NCBI GenBank assembly: GCA_973895155.1
Contig: OZ316895.1
Coordinates: 5,273,181-5,337,180 of the forward strand
DNA from: Marsupella aquatica
Taxonomy: Eukaryota; Plantae; Marchantiophyta
Direction of reading: 5' to 3'
Length of the DNA: 64,000 nucleotides
Position numbers and translations under genes: made by a program. Positions 47,761 to 61,100 of the stretch are shown here, piece by piece. The notes under the pieces were generated by a model that saw nothing but the letters and a program-made list of their open reading frames with translations, did no database searches and was not told where the DNA came from. Numbering within the stretch: position 1 is the first letter of the stretch; each line of letters begins with the position of its first letter.

Positions 47761-49819
47761 TAAGGGGCTCTGTAAGGCAGTAACCAGTGAGGGCCCTGTT
47801 ATAATTACTAGTATATTCCATGAGTGGCAGTCTTTGAAGTTTTTTGAACTTTTCAAGCAAAAGAGGGCCTCATTCTATAACTTTAGTCAGGCCCATTCCA
47901 CTGTCCCTGTTGTTACCTTATTCATAGACTAACAAAAGATGCAGATTAGTTTCAGCTTTCAATTATGACTTAAACCACTTTGGAAAATTTGTCCTTGTAT
48001 TTGTTGCATACTTTGTAACTTGGAAACATCCTAGTTGATGTGTCATGGGAGCTCTCAGTACAAAACATTAAAGTGAAAATGTTATTGTGGCTGGAAAAAG
48101 CAATGGTTACGACATGATCTTTAAAATTTCCTTAGTGGTTAAAGTTTGTTAGCACCTAGAACTCTCATCAGGTGTCCTGATTTAGAATCACCTGCATACG
48201 GGTGTTACCAACGAGGGTTTAATCAGTAGTGTAATCTTCTTGGCTACACTTTGGCTAGGTCTCTACCTTGATACCAGCCTCCCCTGCTTGTTGCCCTTCC
48301 CTCCTTGTGGGATCCTTGGAGGCATTGCCTCATATGTATGTCAAAATTAGGGAGTGGAGTGAACTTAACAATCTTTAGCACTTACTTCAAGACAAAACAG
48401 AACCAAGCAGCCAGTCGCCCAACTTAAAACTCTCTTGGGTCACGTGCCTGGTATAGTGTGTGTAGTTCACACAAATTCAGATTTGATCAGTGACACTTAC
48501 ACACATCTGAGTGCAAGAATTGAATAGCTGCTCAGTTTCTTCTCTTTGGTTTCTGCTCAATCATATCTTCAGTGTTAGCTTTATGTGTAGGTACAAGTGC
48601 ATGTGATCATCAGCTCCACTGTCCATTTCAATCAAGCTTCGTCAATTCTTATTAATCCTCAGATGCCATACTCGCAGCACTCTACAGGGCACTTCCAGAA
48701 ATCCGCTCATCTTCTCTTACCATTTTCTCTTGAGTTATTGATTTCAGAACTCTTCCGTCACATCAAGTTTGCATCTTCTCCTTGCTTTATGTTCACATCA
48801 CTGTCTTTCTTAGGCTCATTTCTGGGTTTCCGTGGAACTTTCCAGAGTGAACAAATATTGATAATCCTTCTCGTTCCCCCTGTCAGCAATTTTAAATCAT
48901 TGCAGTGTTTTTGACTTTACTTCGGCTCCAGAATTTCACTGAAAACGTCAGATTGAGTTCCACAAACTTACCATAGCCGCACCTTTTCGCTAAAAATCGC
49001 TTCGCCCAAAACCAAGATCACTGACGGTAGAAATGCCAGATGCGAAACAATTGTACAATTGCACTATGAGCCAAAAGAAGTTCATGTCGTCGCAATAGAT
49101 TCCAAAGAAAACAGAAAGTCCGATCGCAAATGAGACGATTCTACTTGAGCTATGCGATGTGCAGAAGGCCGTATCAGGTAGTAGTCGAGGATCACTGTCA
49201 CCCCCACTTATAAATCACAAGTCACACTTAGCATGCTTGCAGACCTGCAAAAACCTCTATCCTACAAAATGTCTGCTCGTACTGTCAGCACTGACTTGTC
49301 TAAACGGAAACTTTCATCCTGCCCCAGCAATCATATGTACGTCAAAGCTTTACACCTCACCTTACAAGTTTGCGCCGAGCAAATGCTGATAGTACCACGT
49401 GGAGATTCGGAATTGCAAGTATACAAGACGAGAAACCTGCTCGTCTTTCAAAATGTGCACAGTAACGCTCTCTGCTGTACCTTCGCACATATGCATGTGA
49501 GACGGAGCAGCTTTCCATTCTCATATGCAAATCACAAAGAAGAGGAATTCATTGGGACAACAGAAGAGACCCTGGAGGGGAGTCTCTGTAACCCCAAATG
49601 TTCTTCCTTGCACACACTCCACCTACTCCTACCCTGCCCACCCATCTATGAACCGATTCAAGGACGTGCAGAGACAAATCCGACTCCAAAGCCCTTCAAT
49701 GCCTTAGGAGCAGTCGAGAACACAAATAATGGGAGATAGCAACTGTAAAGAAACTAGTCACTCATAAACTGACCATATTCATTGAGCTACGAGAACCGAA
49801 AAATCTAGTCAGGGTCTCT

Positions 49820-50395
49820 TCACAGATCCAGTACTTCAGGGTATGGTTTATAGTTGAATGAATTCTTATAGATCACGAAGTCCTGCTTTATGATGGCATA
49901 ATCGGTGCTGTCGTAGAGATAGAAAGTTGAGTATCCTCTTGCGCCGCGAAAGTCGCCCGTCCCTCCGATGATGGAAATCTCCCGGTCCCCGCTACCGATT
50001 TCCGTGCCTGCGACTTGCAGAGTGCCTTCGTATTTTTCGTGGTTCTCAAAAATGATCGTGAAGAGAAGGTAGAAATTCGTGTTGGCGTGGTTGTTCTTGA
50101 CCGCAACCCCTTGCCGCCGACCGATGAGCTTCGAGGAGCGAGACGGCCCCTCGGTGACGTCGTTGTCGAACACTAGGGTGCTCCCGAAGTTCAGCAGGTT
50201 CAGATCGGGCTGCTCCTTCCCCGGCCCCGCCACAATTTCCACTTCATCTGTACAGTGCACGTAGAACGTGAGCGACTCTGCGCTCCCGTTCGGATCGGTC
50301 GCATCCACGACGCAGCCACACCTCCAAACAATGCAAAGCAGCAGCAGGAGCAGGGCCCCCGCTTCCCACCTCGATCGCCATGAAGACCTTCCCAT
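49820..50395 (-). CDS. DIR: Dirigent protein (191 aa, signal peptide, intronless)
   Basis: Hydrophobic ALLLLLLCIV leader; FYVH, FGSTLVFDNDVTEGP...SKLIGRRQG and REISIIGGTGDFRGARGY dirigent motifs. Start set at the internal ATG 50395. Confidence 0.92.
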   Translation of the reverse strand: MGRSSWRSRWEAGALLLLLLCIVWRCGCVVDATDPNGSAESLTFYVHCTDEVEIVAGPGKEQPDLNLLNFGSTLVFDNDVTEGPSRSSKLIGRRQGVAVKNNHANTNFYLLFTIIFENHEKYEGTLQVAGTEIGSGDREISIIGGTGDFRGARGYSTFYLYDSTDYAIIKQDFVIYKNSFNYKPYPEVLDL

Positions 50396-50749
50396 CCTCT
50401 CTCCTCCTCTCCCTCGAAATCTGCACTCCCAACCGCCTCGGCCAGGAAGTAGTAACTCAATGTCGATGTAAGAAACTACACATCGCCCTTCTCTCTCGTC
50501 TTTCTCCCTCCCTCTCTCTAGCTCTTTGTCTCCTCTCGGAATTCGTACTCGGCCAGCAAAGAAACTCAATGTCGATGTAAGAAACTCAATAACATCGCTC
50601 CGACCTCTGGAGCAGCAGACGAATTGACTGGTCGAGCGAAGATGATTGTCCAGCCCCGAACCCGCTTAGGGTACCCAAAATCGCCGGAGCAGTCAAGCAC
50701 CGCACCAAAGCCCCCCAGAGTCCGAGAATCAGAGTCAATCAACAATCGG

Positions 50750-51146
50750 AACGATTCTCTCAACGATTTCGAGTGACCAAACGATTCTCTCCACGATTTC
50801 GAGCGACCACACGATTCTGTCAACGATTTCGAGTGACCATCAGCTGCGCGCAACTGGTAAGTGGAATCACGGACAACTCCAGTACAATTGGGCACCGATT
50901 TGGTTTGTGCAGACAAAAGACAAATCAACAGTGCAGACGACGATTGAATCAAAACATTGAACCACGGCTTTCAGCTGACGGAGCCACAATTGAAAAGCGA
51001 CGATGAATCAGTAATGGACACTGTGGTGGATTGGGTTTCGGAGAAAGCGACGATGAATCAGGAATGGACACTGTGGTGGATTGGGTTCCGGAGAAAGCGA
51101 CGATGAATCAGGAATGGACACTTTGGTGGATTGGGTTCCGGAGAAA
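50750..51146. repeat. Two minisatellites upstream of the dirigent gene (~30-bp x3 and ~51-bp x3)
   Basis: ACGATTCTCTCAACGATTTCGAGTGACCA units at 50751-50840; AAAGCGACGATGAATCAGGAATGGACACTGTGGTGGATTGGGTTCCGGAG units at ~50994-51146. Confidence 0.85.
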
Positions 51147-51307
51147 TGATTTGCTCGCTTTTCGTTTTTGGAGCGAGGTCAACAGAGGACCCACGAGGTG
51201 GGTGACTGGCGAAGGTGTTTTGTTGGAGTAAACAGTTGTGTTTATCGAAGTGGAGAGGACTCGTTCAATAATGGAAAAGGATATAATTGCTGAGAGCAAA
51301 GGAGGGT

Positions 51308-51338
51308 GGCATTGCGAGAATCGAACTCGCGGCCTCTT
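51308..51338 (-). pseudogene. tRNA-Pro 3'-half fragment within a tandem duplication
   Basis: GGCATTGCGAGAATCGAACTCGCGGCCTCTT is duplicated together with ~90 bp of the tRNA downstream flank. Confidence 0.75.
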
Positions 51339-51431
51339 GGAGTTTTGTTGGAGTACACAACTGTGTTTATCGCAGTGGAGAGGACTCGTTCAATAATGAA
51401 AAAGGAAAAGTTTGTCGAGAGCAAAGGAAAA

Positions 51432-51503
51432 GGGGCATTGCGAGAATCGAACTCGCGGCCTCTTGCACCCAAAGCAAGAATCATACCACTAGACCAAATG
51501 CCC
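51432..51503 (-). tRNA. tRNA-Pro(TGG)
   Basis: GGGCATTTGGTCTAGTGGTATGATTCTTGCTTTGGGTGCAAGAGGCCGCGAGTTCGATTCTCGCAATGCCCC: 72 nt, acceptor, anticodon and T stems pair, anticodon TGG, TTTT terminator immediately downstream. Confidence 0.95.
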
Positions 51504-51966
51504 GGTCTGCCTGATGGGGCAGATTTGTAATCATTTAATTGTTGTGATCATTACTCCACCGGGCTAATTCTAGAAAAGTGACTCTTGCAACTAAAAAAAA
51601 GAATTTCAATTTCGGTAAGGAATGCAGGTTTAGGAATGCAGACGTGTAGCCATTTTTGGAGACAAGGTATTTGCATAATCTTTTGCCCTAAAGTAACCTT
51701 GTTTTGGACACTATATACGTACTATAATGGAGTTATTTATGGGCAGGGGTTCTAGCCTGAACCCTGCTCCAAGATAGCTCCGAAAAGCTACCCGGTTGCC
51801 ACCGGTCAGCTTTTATTCACTTTCTGGTCCATGGTTACACGCTAGAACCCCAGACCTGACCTCCATTATCCTATACATACCACCAGACCAAATGCTTGGT
51901 CTGCCCATTAGAGCCAGGTTTTAGTTATTTATTTGTAGGAAGGTGACTCAACGGGGAAGTGTATGT

Positions 51967-52012
51967 GGCCTCTTGCACCCAAAGCAAGAATCATACCATT
52001 GGACCAAATGCC
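51967..52012 (-). pseudogene. tRNA-Pro 5' two-thirds fragment
   Basis: GGCCTCTTGCACCCAAAGCAAGAATCATACCATTGGACCAAATGCC is near-identical to the tRNA but lacks the T arm and 3' acceptor strand; a shorter fragment lies at ~51876-51896. Confidence 0.75.
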
Positions 52013-53286
52013 GGCTCTGTCCATTGATGTTGGACTTTACTGATTTATTTGGTAAGACCATTAGCTCCAGGTGTGCATTACAAGGGGCACCAAAGGGTAA
52101 ACTTTCAAATGGACCAAATCCTAATTGCATGTATACAACAGGCACAATGTATTCCTATTTCACACTTAGAAAAAATTAGTCACTGGTCTTACAGCTATGC
52201 TTGGCACCAAAGTCAACCCCAATTGACAATTTCAGTTTGTGCAGGAACTGAAAAGTTCTGTTATTTTCTTGATTACGGACCTCCATTAGGGGTCTCTTGC
52301 AAATTCTCTGGCACTAGGATGCGCCACATCAGTGAGGATAGGTGGCAAACAGGACAGAGCAGGTTTTTAGTAAAACAAAAAGGGCTTTGTCGTGTTTGTG
52401 GCAAAAGCAACATAATTTTGGGGGCGCCATGCTGTAACTATTAAGCGTAAAAAAAATAGACAAAGAAAGAGATAACATTTTTTCACTTGTAACTGTATTA
52501 GTTACTGTTTGTTACCATTCGACATTTTAAAATTGTTTACTATGCCTCTAAATGCCTCTAAAATAGAGCAAGTAAGTAACGTAAGTAACGTCACCTGTCA
52601 CATGATCCTCTCTGTATGTGGAAAGCCGTAGGGGGCTCTTGTCTTTTTGGTCTCTCTATATGTGGAAAGCCATAGGGGCCTCTTGTCTTTTTGGTCCGTC
52701 TTGTCTTTGTGGAGGAGAGGAGGACGTTTTCATAGAAACCAAAATAAGGCAATTTTGTGATTCTGTGTGAGGGCGTGACTCCGTTGGTGACTTCATTGCA
52801 GAGCATTTTGGAGGGAATTGGAAGCTCGCTTTTCAAACTAGTGTATGGAAAGCTGAAGCTGTAGCTGTGCGTGTGGTGGGCTCCTCATCAAGGCGAGGAT
52901 CTGGTCAACGATTGGTTGATAGAAATATCTTTTGAGGTTGAAACCAGGTGAGACTGATCGTTATGGAAGTATGTCTGCATGCACTTTACTTAATACAAGC
53001 TCGGTCTTGGTATGTGTATTTTCAATTTTTTACTTCAAAAACAACATAAACGTGAAAATTTTTAGACCTTTTGTTTTAAACATGACATGGGAAGAGGTAT
53101 TCAATACATGCGATGGCCTGTACTCGTTAAACTCAAGGAGTTAGGTTCCTTTTGTTTTGTAAAGTGGTTTGTTAGACTTTCATATCATTACATTATAAAA
53201 TTCTGTCTACACTTTTATACTATCACATTCTTACATTTTTGTCTATCTGACTTGTTGTCTATCTGACTTGCAATATCAAGCTTTTA

Positions 53287-55600
53287 GAGCATCTCCTACG
53301 TAACATTATTGGAAACGGGAACAGAGTTTTTTACTTAACCCGCAAAGGAGTGTAAAAAAGGCACCTCCAACGGGAGACCGGGAACGCTACCACATATTTC
53401 TCTCACGGGTTTTTCTCTTGTGGGAACAGGATTGTGGAGGCCATATACCGCTTTGACCCATCCACAGGGTTCCTTATTGGATTGGAGGAGATGAAGATCG
53501 TACAGTGGACCAATGTCGGTCTTCTGTGTGGAAAGGTGGCCATGCAGACTGTTTCTAGCTTCAATTTCAAGCACAAGGAAGCTCGATAGAAATGGTGCCC
53601 GGTAGTTGAAGCTTGCCAAATTGATTGAGGCTCTTCTTGAGCCGTGCACTCTCAATCTTTGTGAACATTTTGGTCAGGATTTTTCAATAGCTTGGTGTGA
53701 TCTTTTTATTTCCCACCATGGCTCTTGTCAATAATACGGATGCCAAAAAGGGCAAGAAGCAAGCAAATTTCTAGCCAATGTTTACTTCTATGGCTACTCT
53801 CACAGGACTCAATTCTTCTCTCAGGATAACATTCTATCCTCCTCGGGGTCCTCCCTCCCATTCTCTTCCGCCTCCTCCCTTTTGGCGGTCGGGTTGGAGG
53901 TTGCCCTTCATCTTCACTGGGTGTGCTCCTTTTATTGCCCCCTTAATTGCTCTTGTTCTTTCATGCCTTCTCCTCCCATGCAGGTTTTGTTCTTTCTGTT
54001 CTCCATGGAATAAAGTTCATTTTAAAAAAATTAAAAATTTTAATAAAAAAAGGCAAACAAATTTCTCCAGTATCTAAATTGAACAGATTGCAGCATTGTG
54101 CCTAGCATGCAGCTGTAATTCCATCATAGGAGCACAACAGAAATCTGATGTCTATTGGACTAAGATTGAGCAGCATTTTCAGAAATCCATGGCAGAATTT
54201 AGGCAAAAATATCCAGGCATGGTGAAGAACATTCAGAGGTCCATCAGGTCTTTGGGTTCAAAATGGGGTGAGCTCAATTCCGACAGTGCCAATTCTGTGG
54301 AGCAATGTCCACGATAGTTGAATTAAATGAGTCTGGTACAAATAAAGACGAGCAGATGGAGAAGGCCAAAGCTCTCTACCAACAGACACGCAAGGAGGGC
54401 TTGGAAAATTTTGAAGGACTCTCCAAAGTGGCAGATCACAGCAAAATTGCAGGAGAAGCGTTTGGAGAATGTATTAAGGAGAAAGAACGGGAAACAAATT
54501 GTCAATACTCTAGCTGCATAATGATGAAAGCCCACACAAGGATTCTGGAATCCATGATGGAACTCCATAGATGGTCACCAATAGGCCTTTGGGGAACAAA
54601 AAACCAAAGGGGTTTGCAACTATTGAGCAGAAAGCAACCAAGACCAAGAGTGCATTGGCAGAGTCTACATTGTTGATTGAAGGTGCCCTCAATCGAAGGG
54701 CAAAGGCTATGGAACTAGTCTTTAAGACCCAACTATTCCAAGTTAACCTGGGCTCACTAGATGACAGAGCCAGAAACTTTGTGTTGCTCAAACGCGAGGC
54801 AACAGAAGCAGAATTGCAGAAGCAACTCAAGGAAGTCAAACTTTTCAGGAAGGAGGTGGTTGAATTACCACCAGATTTACCTAGGAGTGTGGTTGATCAA
54901 GAGACAATCAAGAGACCCAGGATCCAGAGGCATCGAGAGGCCTAACATTCACCTGACAATGAATCTTGGCAGAAAGAATCAATGAGGAGTCAGAAGAGCT
55001 GGCATTGCATAGATCTGGTCACTCCAACCCCATCAATCTATCAAATACGCCAAAAAGGGAATGTGAAAATGTTGGAGTTTCTTTGGTAGAATTTAGTAAT
55101 CCCACCTTTCAATACCAGGATGTGCAATCTTTCTATCAATTCATGTAGTCAATATGACTTTAGCCACCCAAATAATCAGATTTGCCAGGTTGTAGCTTGT
55201 ACAACAATTTTGTAGAGCAATTTATTCTACAAATTGTAGCCATGCAATGTGTTGTGTGGTGCTGTTGTGAGTTCCAGACAAGAGATTATGCTGCCATTGC
55301 ACCTTGGGCCTATCAAAAAGTTAATAATGTGTCAAATGAGGATCTCCATGGTAGTCCTCAATAATAGTATTATGTAAGATCATTGCAGCTTTCCAAATCA
55401 ATTGCATTTGATTTCTGCTCCACCATTGAGAGGGATCATGAATCTTGGCAAAATGAGCCCGCGACACCCCAAAGCAAAGCTCAACACCTTTCCAAACTGA
55501 TTCCTGCCTTTAGCAAACCACTTTCACTTGGCACCTTGAGGCTTCACTGATCGTCTTCATGAAGATGATGTAGTCTGGGTATATTCCATCCGTTGGGTCT
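53287..55600. mobile_element. Decayed PIF/Harbinger element (Myb/NAM-associated ORF on +, DDE transposase fragment on -)
   Basis: TTA|GAGCATCTCC terminus at 53284-53296. Frameshifted NSIIGAQQK..YWTKI...SLGSKW...ESGTN...RPLG.KK ORF (~53718-54945). Minus-strand DGIYPDY..FMKTIS, QESVWKGVE..FGV...F and AAMILHNTIIED (~55340-55595). Right TIR not found. Confidence 0.8.
53759..54066 (+). mobile_element. Short poly(A) retroinsertion inside the Harbinger ORF
   Basis: Flanked by GCAAGCAAATTTCT (53759-53772) and GCAAACAAATTTCT (54053-54066); ends GGAATAAAG plus an A-rich tail. Confidence 0.65.
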
Positions 55601-58117
55601 TGCTTAAATTTCTTCCTTGACCATTGTTTGGACTCTTGGGGCTCTTGGGCTTTTTGGCTTTTTGGCTCTTTGGCCTTCCCTCTTTTATTGGGTTTCTTGC
55701 CTTTGGAATCATGTTGCCCAGGATTGCACCTTTGTTCTTTGAAGTATTTTATAACTTTGTGCATATTAAGTTTTGCAAACCAGATCATTTGCCAAGGTGC
55801 AGCATGGTGGGCAGGCCAACAACTAACAACTAACAATTGATTATTGTTTGCTTGACACTGCTTTGAGATCTGGAACAGATGGCAGGGAATGCAGTCATAC
55901 AGTAGGAGCAACATGAACTAAAAGCCACTACTGATTGGGTCAAATGGAACTTTTGTGGGTCCACATCAAGAGCACCAGTCCTAAAGGGCATTCCGGAAAA
56001 AAAAGGAAAAAAAGGGGAAAAAAAGGCACTCCAGAAAAAGTCTCAATTCTATCCTGGGGCATCTCAAAGTTTTGTAGTTGTGGATGATGACTTTGGCCAT
56101 AAACAAATGGGCACTGCTATTTCACACGGATGTGTAAAAGTTTTTGTTTCACTAGCTTGTACAATGACCTATGGTCATGACATATGACCAATCTTTATGG
56201 CCAATAGTTATGGATTATGAATTTGGTAGTCCATAACATTTCTGTCAGTAACCTTAAGTACTTTTGAGTTTTAAGAGCCCCTACTATCAAACACTGTCTG
56301 CATACAAACCAAAAAAGATCGTAAGGCCAGCTGCACCATTCTATCAAGTTGCCCCTTGCTTGAGTTGAGGACTTTGGTGACCCGGCTGCACCGTTTTGGT
56401 TGTCCTTACCCTTTGGTATGAAAGACATAATTGCAGTCCTGAATACAGGTACCAGTGTGCAATCATTTTTGGTGGGACTTGCTATTTCCATAATCTCTTG
56501 CCTGGAACTCAAAACAGGTAACCTTTTTCTGGGACTTGCTATTTCCATAATCTCTTGCCTGGAACTCAAAACAGGTAACCTTTCTCTGGACAGAGTAATA
56601 CAAAGGAGGTCTGGGCAGGGATCCTAGCATGGACTCTACTCCCACAATGTTTGGAAAAGGTCCAAGCTACAGTCAATCTCACTTTCTGGTCACAAGGTTG
56701 CAAGCTAGTGACCATAGCCCAGACTGCCATTTATCCTATACAAGGTCACACTTCCACCGTTTTGGTTCTCCCTACATTTTGGTGTGGAAAACAAGATCAC
56801 CAGAAGAGGTAACTCTTACGAAAGTCTACTGTGTCATGCAGAGAGCCGCAGCTGATTATCACAAAAAAGCCACTGTGGTTTGAAGAGCACTTCGGCAGTG
56901 GGACCAAACGAAGAGAATAGTCTGTCGATGTAGGGGCCCTGCAGTACCAATTGGACTTGCTCCAACTGTCTCCATAAGATCTGGAGATATGGTCACAACC
57001 TGCACGTCACTGTGCTGGTCACTTTGTTGAGGTTCACGCATTTCCCTTGAAAGTGACGTCGTGCATGGAAGACCTTTTCTCCCCAAACCATGTATCGCAC
57101 GGTTGCAAGATTCTCGCCATGACTGTTTTGATAGTGAGAAGAGTGAACTTTGATGGTCCGACATATTTGGGCAAGGCATTGTCAATGTGACAAGAAATTG
57201 AAAATCGAAACTTCGAGAAGGTGTCTTTTATAACGGAGAGACTATCATAGTTGTCTGTGGATCGGGCAAGAAGAAAGGTCATCAAGGTGGGTGTGTGAAC
57301 AAGAACTTCTTCCCCCGGTCTTACTCCGGACCACGGACCCCAGCAGCACGGCGACTGCCATCCCAGCGGACGGAGCATTACTTTGGCTTCGAAGTGGCTG
57401 CTTTTTACTGGCACTTTTCACTCTTCAACCAATCGAGGTCCTTAATTCATTCTCTGCTAATCACTAATGAGCAAGTCCCCGGGATTTCACCACGTCGACA
57501 GGCCAGTGAAACAAGCAAGAAGTTGATACGAATAACATGCAAACGACCATTGTTTTGTCCAATTCATCCTGCATAGATTGCCTGGACCTCAAAGTCTCGT
57601 CTAGAGCATCCATCTTCAAGAAAGTTGGTGTTCGAAGAATGTCTGGAAGGAAATCAATCAACTACGATGTGAACATCCTTGCCAGTTTGGTCCGGAAAAC
57701 CCTTCTAACAACACCAAGACGCAGGCAAAATTGCAGAACCTGAGAGCGTCCACGTTTACTTTACATAAAAAGTAACTTGTCTCCAGGCCAACAAACAACA
57801 GGGAAGTTTCAACATACCTACCAGAAGGAATTTGAGAATAATTGTAGCTAGCACAGACATCATGATTGAAGAACCTACTAAGATCGCAAGTAATACCATC
57901 TAGAATTCGACGCACCAGGTTAGCTGCCACATTCTTTTCAGGACAAGCCTTTATTACTGCGCAGGGATGACAAAAAATGCAAGCTCTGGTTTGCCACCGA
58001 TATCCAATCTCGCACTTGTTGTCAGTCCACAATGAATGATTTTTTTAAGGCCAACAAAACTCACACCACTCTGTTCCACTATTTCTCCCCTACATTGGCC
58101 GCCATGTTTTACAATTG

Positions 58118-61100
58118 TCAGAAACCCCCTGATCCTTTCCCTCCTACCCTCACCCCACTACCGCTGCCTCCACCACCGGTAGGAGCCACCATTCCTTGTG
58201 GTGGTTGTAGCCCAGGCATCGATGCAGGAGGCAGCCCTCCAGGAGAAGGTTGGAGAGAGTTATGGAGATGAGATAACTGCTGTTGAGGAAGGTGGTGCTG
58301 GCCGGGTAAGAAAGACGGGGCTCCACCAGGATAGTGCATTTGCTGCATGCCTCCACCTGCAGGAGTAGCAAGCCATGAATCAGTCTCATCATTTGTGTAT
58401 TACCAAGAATTCATCTTGTTGAAACGGGTAATCATTCACTCATTCTGCTTTCGCATTATGCATGGTCCCTGTCATAGATGTGACACCCTAAAGGCACAAG
58501 ACTAGAAGGAACCGCGAGCTGTGGGGAGAAAACACGATTTGTGAAGGAATTTAACACCAACCCCGATGCTTTTGCTGTTGAGATTGCTGCGAAGGTTGGG
58601 GTGGCAATGGACCTTGTGAAGGAGGAGGAACTGGCTGCCCTGGCATCATTCCCTGCAGTCAATATAGGTCAGCATCTTCAAATGTGTTCAATAGTAGAAT
58701 TAGCGAGACCGCACCAAACAGATTCATGGAGCAGTAGGGAATCGGTAAACAGAACAGGAAGGCAAACTTTTGCGCGAAGTGAAAACGCACATTGTCTTGC
58801 ATGTGCTTGATAGCACTACACCGTAAACAATCCAATGACCAATATCCCTCGAAATGCCAGAACCCCATAAATAATAAAGACTATTAGTCTAATATTGATT
58901 TATCAAATTGGTACAGGTGTCAATCAGATTCGAGAATCTCACCTGAGGAAACTGCTGTATATACAGCTGCCCATACATCATCGGTGGAGGGTACTGCAAA
59001 TCCCGTCAGAATGGAAAGCAAATTAGACGTCCATGTCATTTGTGCGACCACAACATCACCTCATGTACATGCAATAAGGAAGGCAAATTTTACCTTCGCG
59101 CAAGCTTTGACAATATATCACAAATAGATATTTCAGTTCAGTTACAAAGGTCTACATCACTAAAAATCATTATTCTTGAAGACCAGGGTTTGCAGGACAA
59201 GGTACCAGCTGCCCTGGATGTAAAAGCTGAGGCTGCATAGGATGACCTTGAGGAGGATACCTCATCGGGGGTTGTTGCCCATAAGGAGCTACCTGCAACG
59301 ACGTCCAGTCAGTACTCAGCTTAAGTCTTGTCATCATTCAGTTTAGAGACTTAATTGAAGCGTATCAGAACCGCACTTACTGACTGATAATGCCCTATGG
59401 CGACGGACATTTTCTCTATAATAGGCTCGTCAGATCAAGCAAACGACATGGCATTCACTTATTTGGACATGAAAGCCAGCACTTCGTCTCTGACCTGTTG
59501 CTGAGAGTGTGGTTGCAATTTCATATTCGGCTGGCCTGCCAAGACGGGCGGAACGCCGGCACCAGGAACATAACCACCAGGAGGCATATATTGGGGAGAG
59601 TTAGCCGCGGCCATATTATATTGAGTGAATTGAGACTGTTGCCCTGATTGCTGCATATATTGGCCAACGTTTACAGGAACCCCTTGCATTTGGCCAACAG
59701 GAGGGTGCATATATACTGGCCCCGGAATCATTGGAGATGCAGACCTTGGCGAACTAAAATTCGGAGTAAAAGCTTTAGCGTTGGGGTTTAACTTAAACTC
59801 CTGCATAAGAAGAAGGAGGACACTATCAAATAGCGCTTAGATAAAACAAATGCTAAAGAACGACGTAGCATTCAAGCCTTTTCCATAAAAATATCTTGCA
59901 AAATTCATTGCCATCAATTAAGTTGTATTTCATTTCTGGCTCATCAGAGAGATTCCTACTAATACATCTTCTTCACCGTCAATGAGTTGAGTAAACGAAG
60001 GATAAACCAATCACGTCTTCATACATGCATATAATAACCATGCATATACGTACCTTTGCGTTTGGATTTAGTGTAGACTTCTTCGAACCAAATGGTGTAC
60101 CCGAAGCCACTGATGATACAGATGACGACGGTGAGACTGTAGGGGAAGTTGGGTGAGAAACGCTCGGAACTGTTCCAGAGGACGGGCCACCAAAATTGGT
60201 GTTGAGAGGAGGAAGAGTCAATCCATTGTGAGTCAAAACCCCACTGGATTGCACAGCAGCAGATGCCACTGAATTACCACTTCCATTCCCAACCTCAGTA
60301 GGTGCTTTTGGAAGAAGAGAGTTTGTGGCTGACGATCCTGTAGGCAACTGAGCTCCAGCAAGGGCCATCGGGATGGGCAAAGCAGACGCTGGTGGAGCAG
60401 ACGCTTGAGCTGCAGTTAGGAGACCAGTTGGTACACTCGATGCTATAGCTGGTTTGCTTTCCACTGTTCCCGATGGTCTGGCCCCTCCCTCTTGGGGAGC
60501 ATGCCTGCTAGAGTTGAATGGCTCAGCCACAGATTTGCCTGCAGTCATACAGGACAAGCAAGCATCAGAATTATGCCTGATAGCATTATCACGGCCAACT
60601 ATGAAAACATGAACATAGAACACATATCAACAGGTTTGGCCTCTACGTTTGAGTGCCTGCCCATCACAACAAGCCACAAGCTCCTCGCTCCCAACACAAA
60701 AAGTGGTTTTACCTATAGCCCTGGGTGAACGAGGCTCCAACTCCTTCTTCTGAAAATTCAAGCATAAAACACGTTAGCAACTGCGAGCACAAATGTCGGG
60801 CGTTCCTAACGAAAGCATTCTCAACCCACATCCTGAATGGTATTCCAAAACGACCATAGCTGATAAACTATATCGTGGACAACTTGCAAGACTGACTTAC
60901 TTTAAGACTTTCACTGAATGATTTGAGCTGATTGACTTCATCTTCTCTCTGCTTCTTGCCTTTCTTTGCTGTCTCCTGTAACTTAAACTCGTGAAACTCC
61001 CTGCAAAAGTCAAGATCAACAAAAAAAGTTCAGAAGCAAAAGTGGCAATCATTCTCTATCTCTGTTATCATTCTCTATCTCTCTCTATGCATAGGTCTCA

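Noticed and set aside
49233-49739. 168-aa plus-strand ORF downstream of the dirigent gene
   Set aside because: No recognisable domain or splice structure; probably a chance ORF.
50396-50569. N-terminal extension of the dirigent ORF
   Set aside because: GA-rich leader; the signal peptide follows the ATG at 50395.
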